The notes below the pieces were generated by a model. That model searched no databases, was not told where the DNA came from, and saw only the letters and a program-made list of their open reading frames with translations. Positions 54,029 through 64,000 of a DNA stretch of 64,000 nt are shown here, piece by piece; within the stretch, counting starts at the first letter, position 1, and each line of letters starts with the position of its first letter. A program made the translations under genes and the position numbers. The DNA is from the human T2T-CHM13v2.0 reference genome, Homo sapiens, in assembly GCF_009914755.1 (NCBI RefSeq), contig NC_060925.1; one strand, written 5' to 3'.

Positions 54029-54234
54029 CAGTTGACAACTCAGGGGTTGGGGCATCAATCTCCTGCACATTCCAAAAGCCACATGCAATTTTTGATGCCC
54101 ACAAAAACCTATTGACTGGAAGCCTTACCAATAACATAAACAGTTGATAACACTTAACATATTTTGTATGTTATGTATACTATATATTGTATTCTGACCA
54201 TAAAGTAAGCTAGAAACCAGAAAATATTACTAAG

Positions 54235-62146
<7,912 letters not shown>

Positions 62147-62895
62147 AAAATATTACTAAGAAAACCACAAGGAGAGAAATATATTTACTATTTAATAAAT
62201 GGAAGTGGATCATTATAAAAGTCTTCATTTTCGTCATCTTCACATTGAGTAGGCTGAAAAGGAGGTAGGAAAGGAGGGGTTGGACTTGGTGTCTAGGGTG
62301 GCAGAGGTGAAAGAAAGTCCGCATATAACTGGAACCCTGCATTTCAATCCTGTGTTGTTCAAGGGTCAACTGTTATGCAAAGGTGGTAGAATCTTATGCA
62401 TTGACACAAAAATATCTCCAAGAACACTGTTAAGGAAAAGAGCAAATTGCAGAACAAAATGAATAGTATTTTTCTCATTTCTAAAAGCTGAAACCCATAC
62501 ACACATTTACACACACATATAGTACGTAACTATATAATACTACAAATATACCTTATAAAATTTACAGTAAGGGATCTGGAAGGATGAACACTAAATTATT
62601 AAGACTAGTTATTGTGAATTAAATTATGCTCCTGTGTGGGTCTCACAAGTCTAGTGCTTGGAGTTGAATTTGCCTGAATTGGTTATCTGTAAAGGAGGTC
62701 TATTTTCACATGGTGTTGGCCATTATCACAGTGGACTTCGATTTCTATTTTGTAACATTTTATAATGTCTGAATTTTTAATGATGAAAATATACTCATTT
62801 ATACTCATTTATTATTTATGCAATTTCAAGATACTTAGAGAATCAAACACAAAGAAAATAAAACACAAAAATATCGCAACAAACAAGATGTATGC

Positions 62896-63403
62896 TGTGG
62901 GTGTTGAATAATGTTCCCTAAAGATAGCTCCTAATCCCTGGAACCTGTAAAAGTTACCTAATTTGGAAAAGAGTCTTTGCAGATGTGATTAAGTTAAGGA
63001 TTTTGAGATGTGGGGAAAATCCTGCATTATCCAGGTGGGCCCTAAATGCAACCAGATGTATCCTTTTGAGAGGGAGGCAGAGGGAGGTTTGACACACACA
63101 CACAGGAGAGAAGGTGATATAAGGACAGAGCAGAGAGAGATTTGAAGATGTTTGCTTTGAAGATTGGAGTGATGTGGCCCCAAGCCAAGGAATGCTGGCA
63201 GCTACCAGAAGCTGGAAGAGACAAGAAATAAATTCTCCCCTACAGCCTCTGAGAGAGTACAGCCTTGCTGACAGCTTGATTTCAGCTCAGTGATACTAAT
63301 TTCAGAATTCTGGCTTCCAAAACTATGAGATAATAAATTTCACTTGTTTTATTCGACCCAATTTGTAGTGATTGATTGGTTATAGCACCACAGGAAACTA
63401 GAA
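62896..63403 (+). mobile_element. MLT1C/D MaLR solo LTR
   Basis: cctaatccctggaacctgt...gtctttgcagatgtgattaagttaaggat...caagccaaggaatgc..gcagc.accagaagctggaaga. Confidence 0.9.
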
Positions 63404-63447
63404 AATTCAGAAAATTGCAGAAAATTACACAGAAAAAAATAAATATC

Positions 63448-63747
<300 letters not shown>

Positions 63748-63804
63748 TACATAAAAATCACTTATAAACTCTGCTCTCCAGAAATAATTGTTACATTTTT
63801 TGGT

Positions 63805-64000
63805 GTGTTTCAAATATTTTAGTTTTAAAATCTGAGTATGTGCATCATCACTTTTGCAAATCTTCAACTTTATTGAAGAATAATTGATGTACAACAAACT
63901 GCACATAACGTTTAGACAATTTAGTAAGTTTTGCATGTGCACACACCTATGAAACAACCACCACAATAAATATACAAACATTTCCATTATCCCCAAAATA
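63805..64000 (-). mobile_element. L1MB/MC 3' end fragment (runs off window)
   Basis: ctttattgaag.ataattga.gtacaacaaactgcacata. Confidence 0.65.

Overview
Eukaryotic, primate (almost certainly human) non-coding genomic DNA: AT-rich, CpG-depleted and heavily filled with interspersed repeats (Alu, old L1M and L1PA/L1MA copies, L2, MIR, CR1/L3, MaLR/ERVL/ERV1 LTRs, hAT and Tigger DNA transposons). I see no credible multi-exon protein-coding gene. The long ORFs at 11.9-13.9 kb are translation artefacts of a TA-rich minisatellite, and the other ORFs are decayed transposon fragments or chance ORFs. Repeat-free islands (about 16.3-20.0, 21.0-22.9, 27.3-27.9 and 42.1-43.9 kb) look like conserved regulatory sequence, and one holds a well-formed candidate non-coding exon. 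I cannot identify the locus from sequence alone and found no new multi-gene system. The most notable structure is a cluster of inverted-repeat phenomena: a partly homogenised inverted MER5A1 pair sharing a derived AP-1 site, a palindromic-unit minisatellite bracketed by 35-bp inverted repeats, and a de novo 89-nt hairpin inside Tigger1. There is also an L1 insertion carrying about 200 bp of foreign sequence within one TSD pair, and a four-level nested insertion. Repeat family names come from recalled consensus sequences, so subfamily calls and old-repeat boundaries are approximate.
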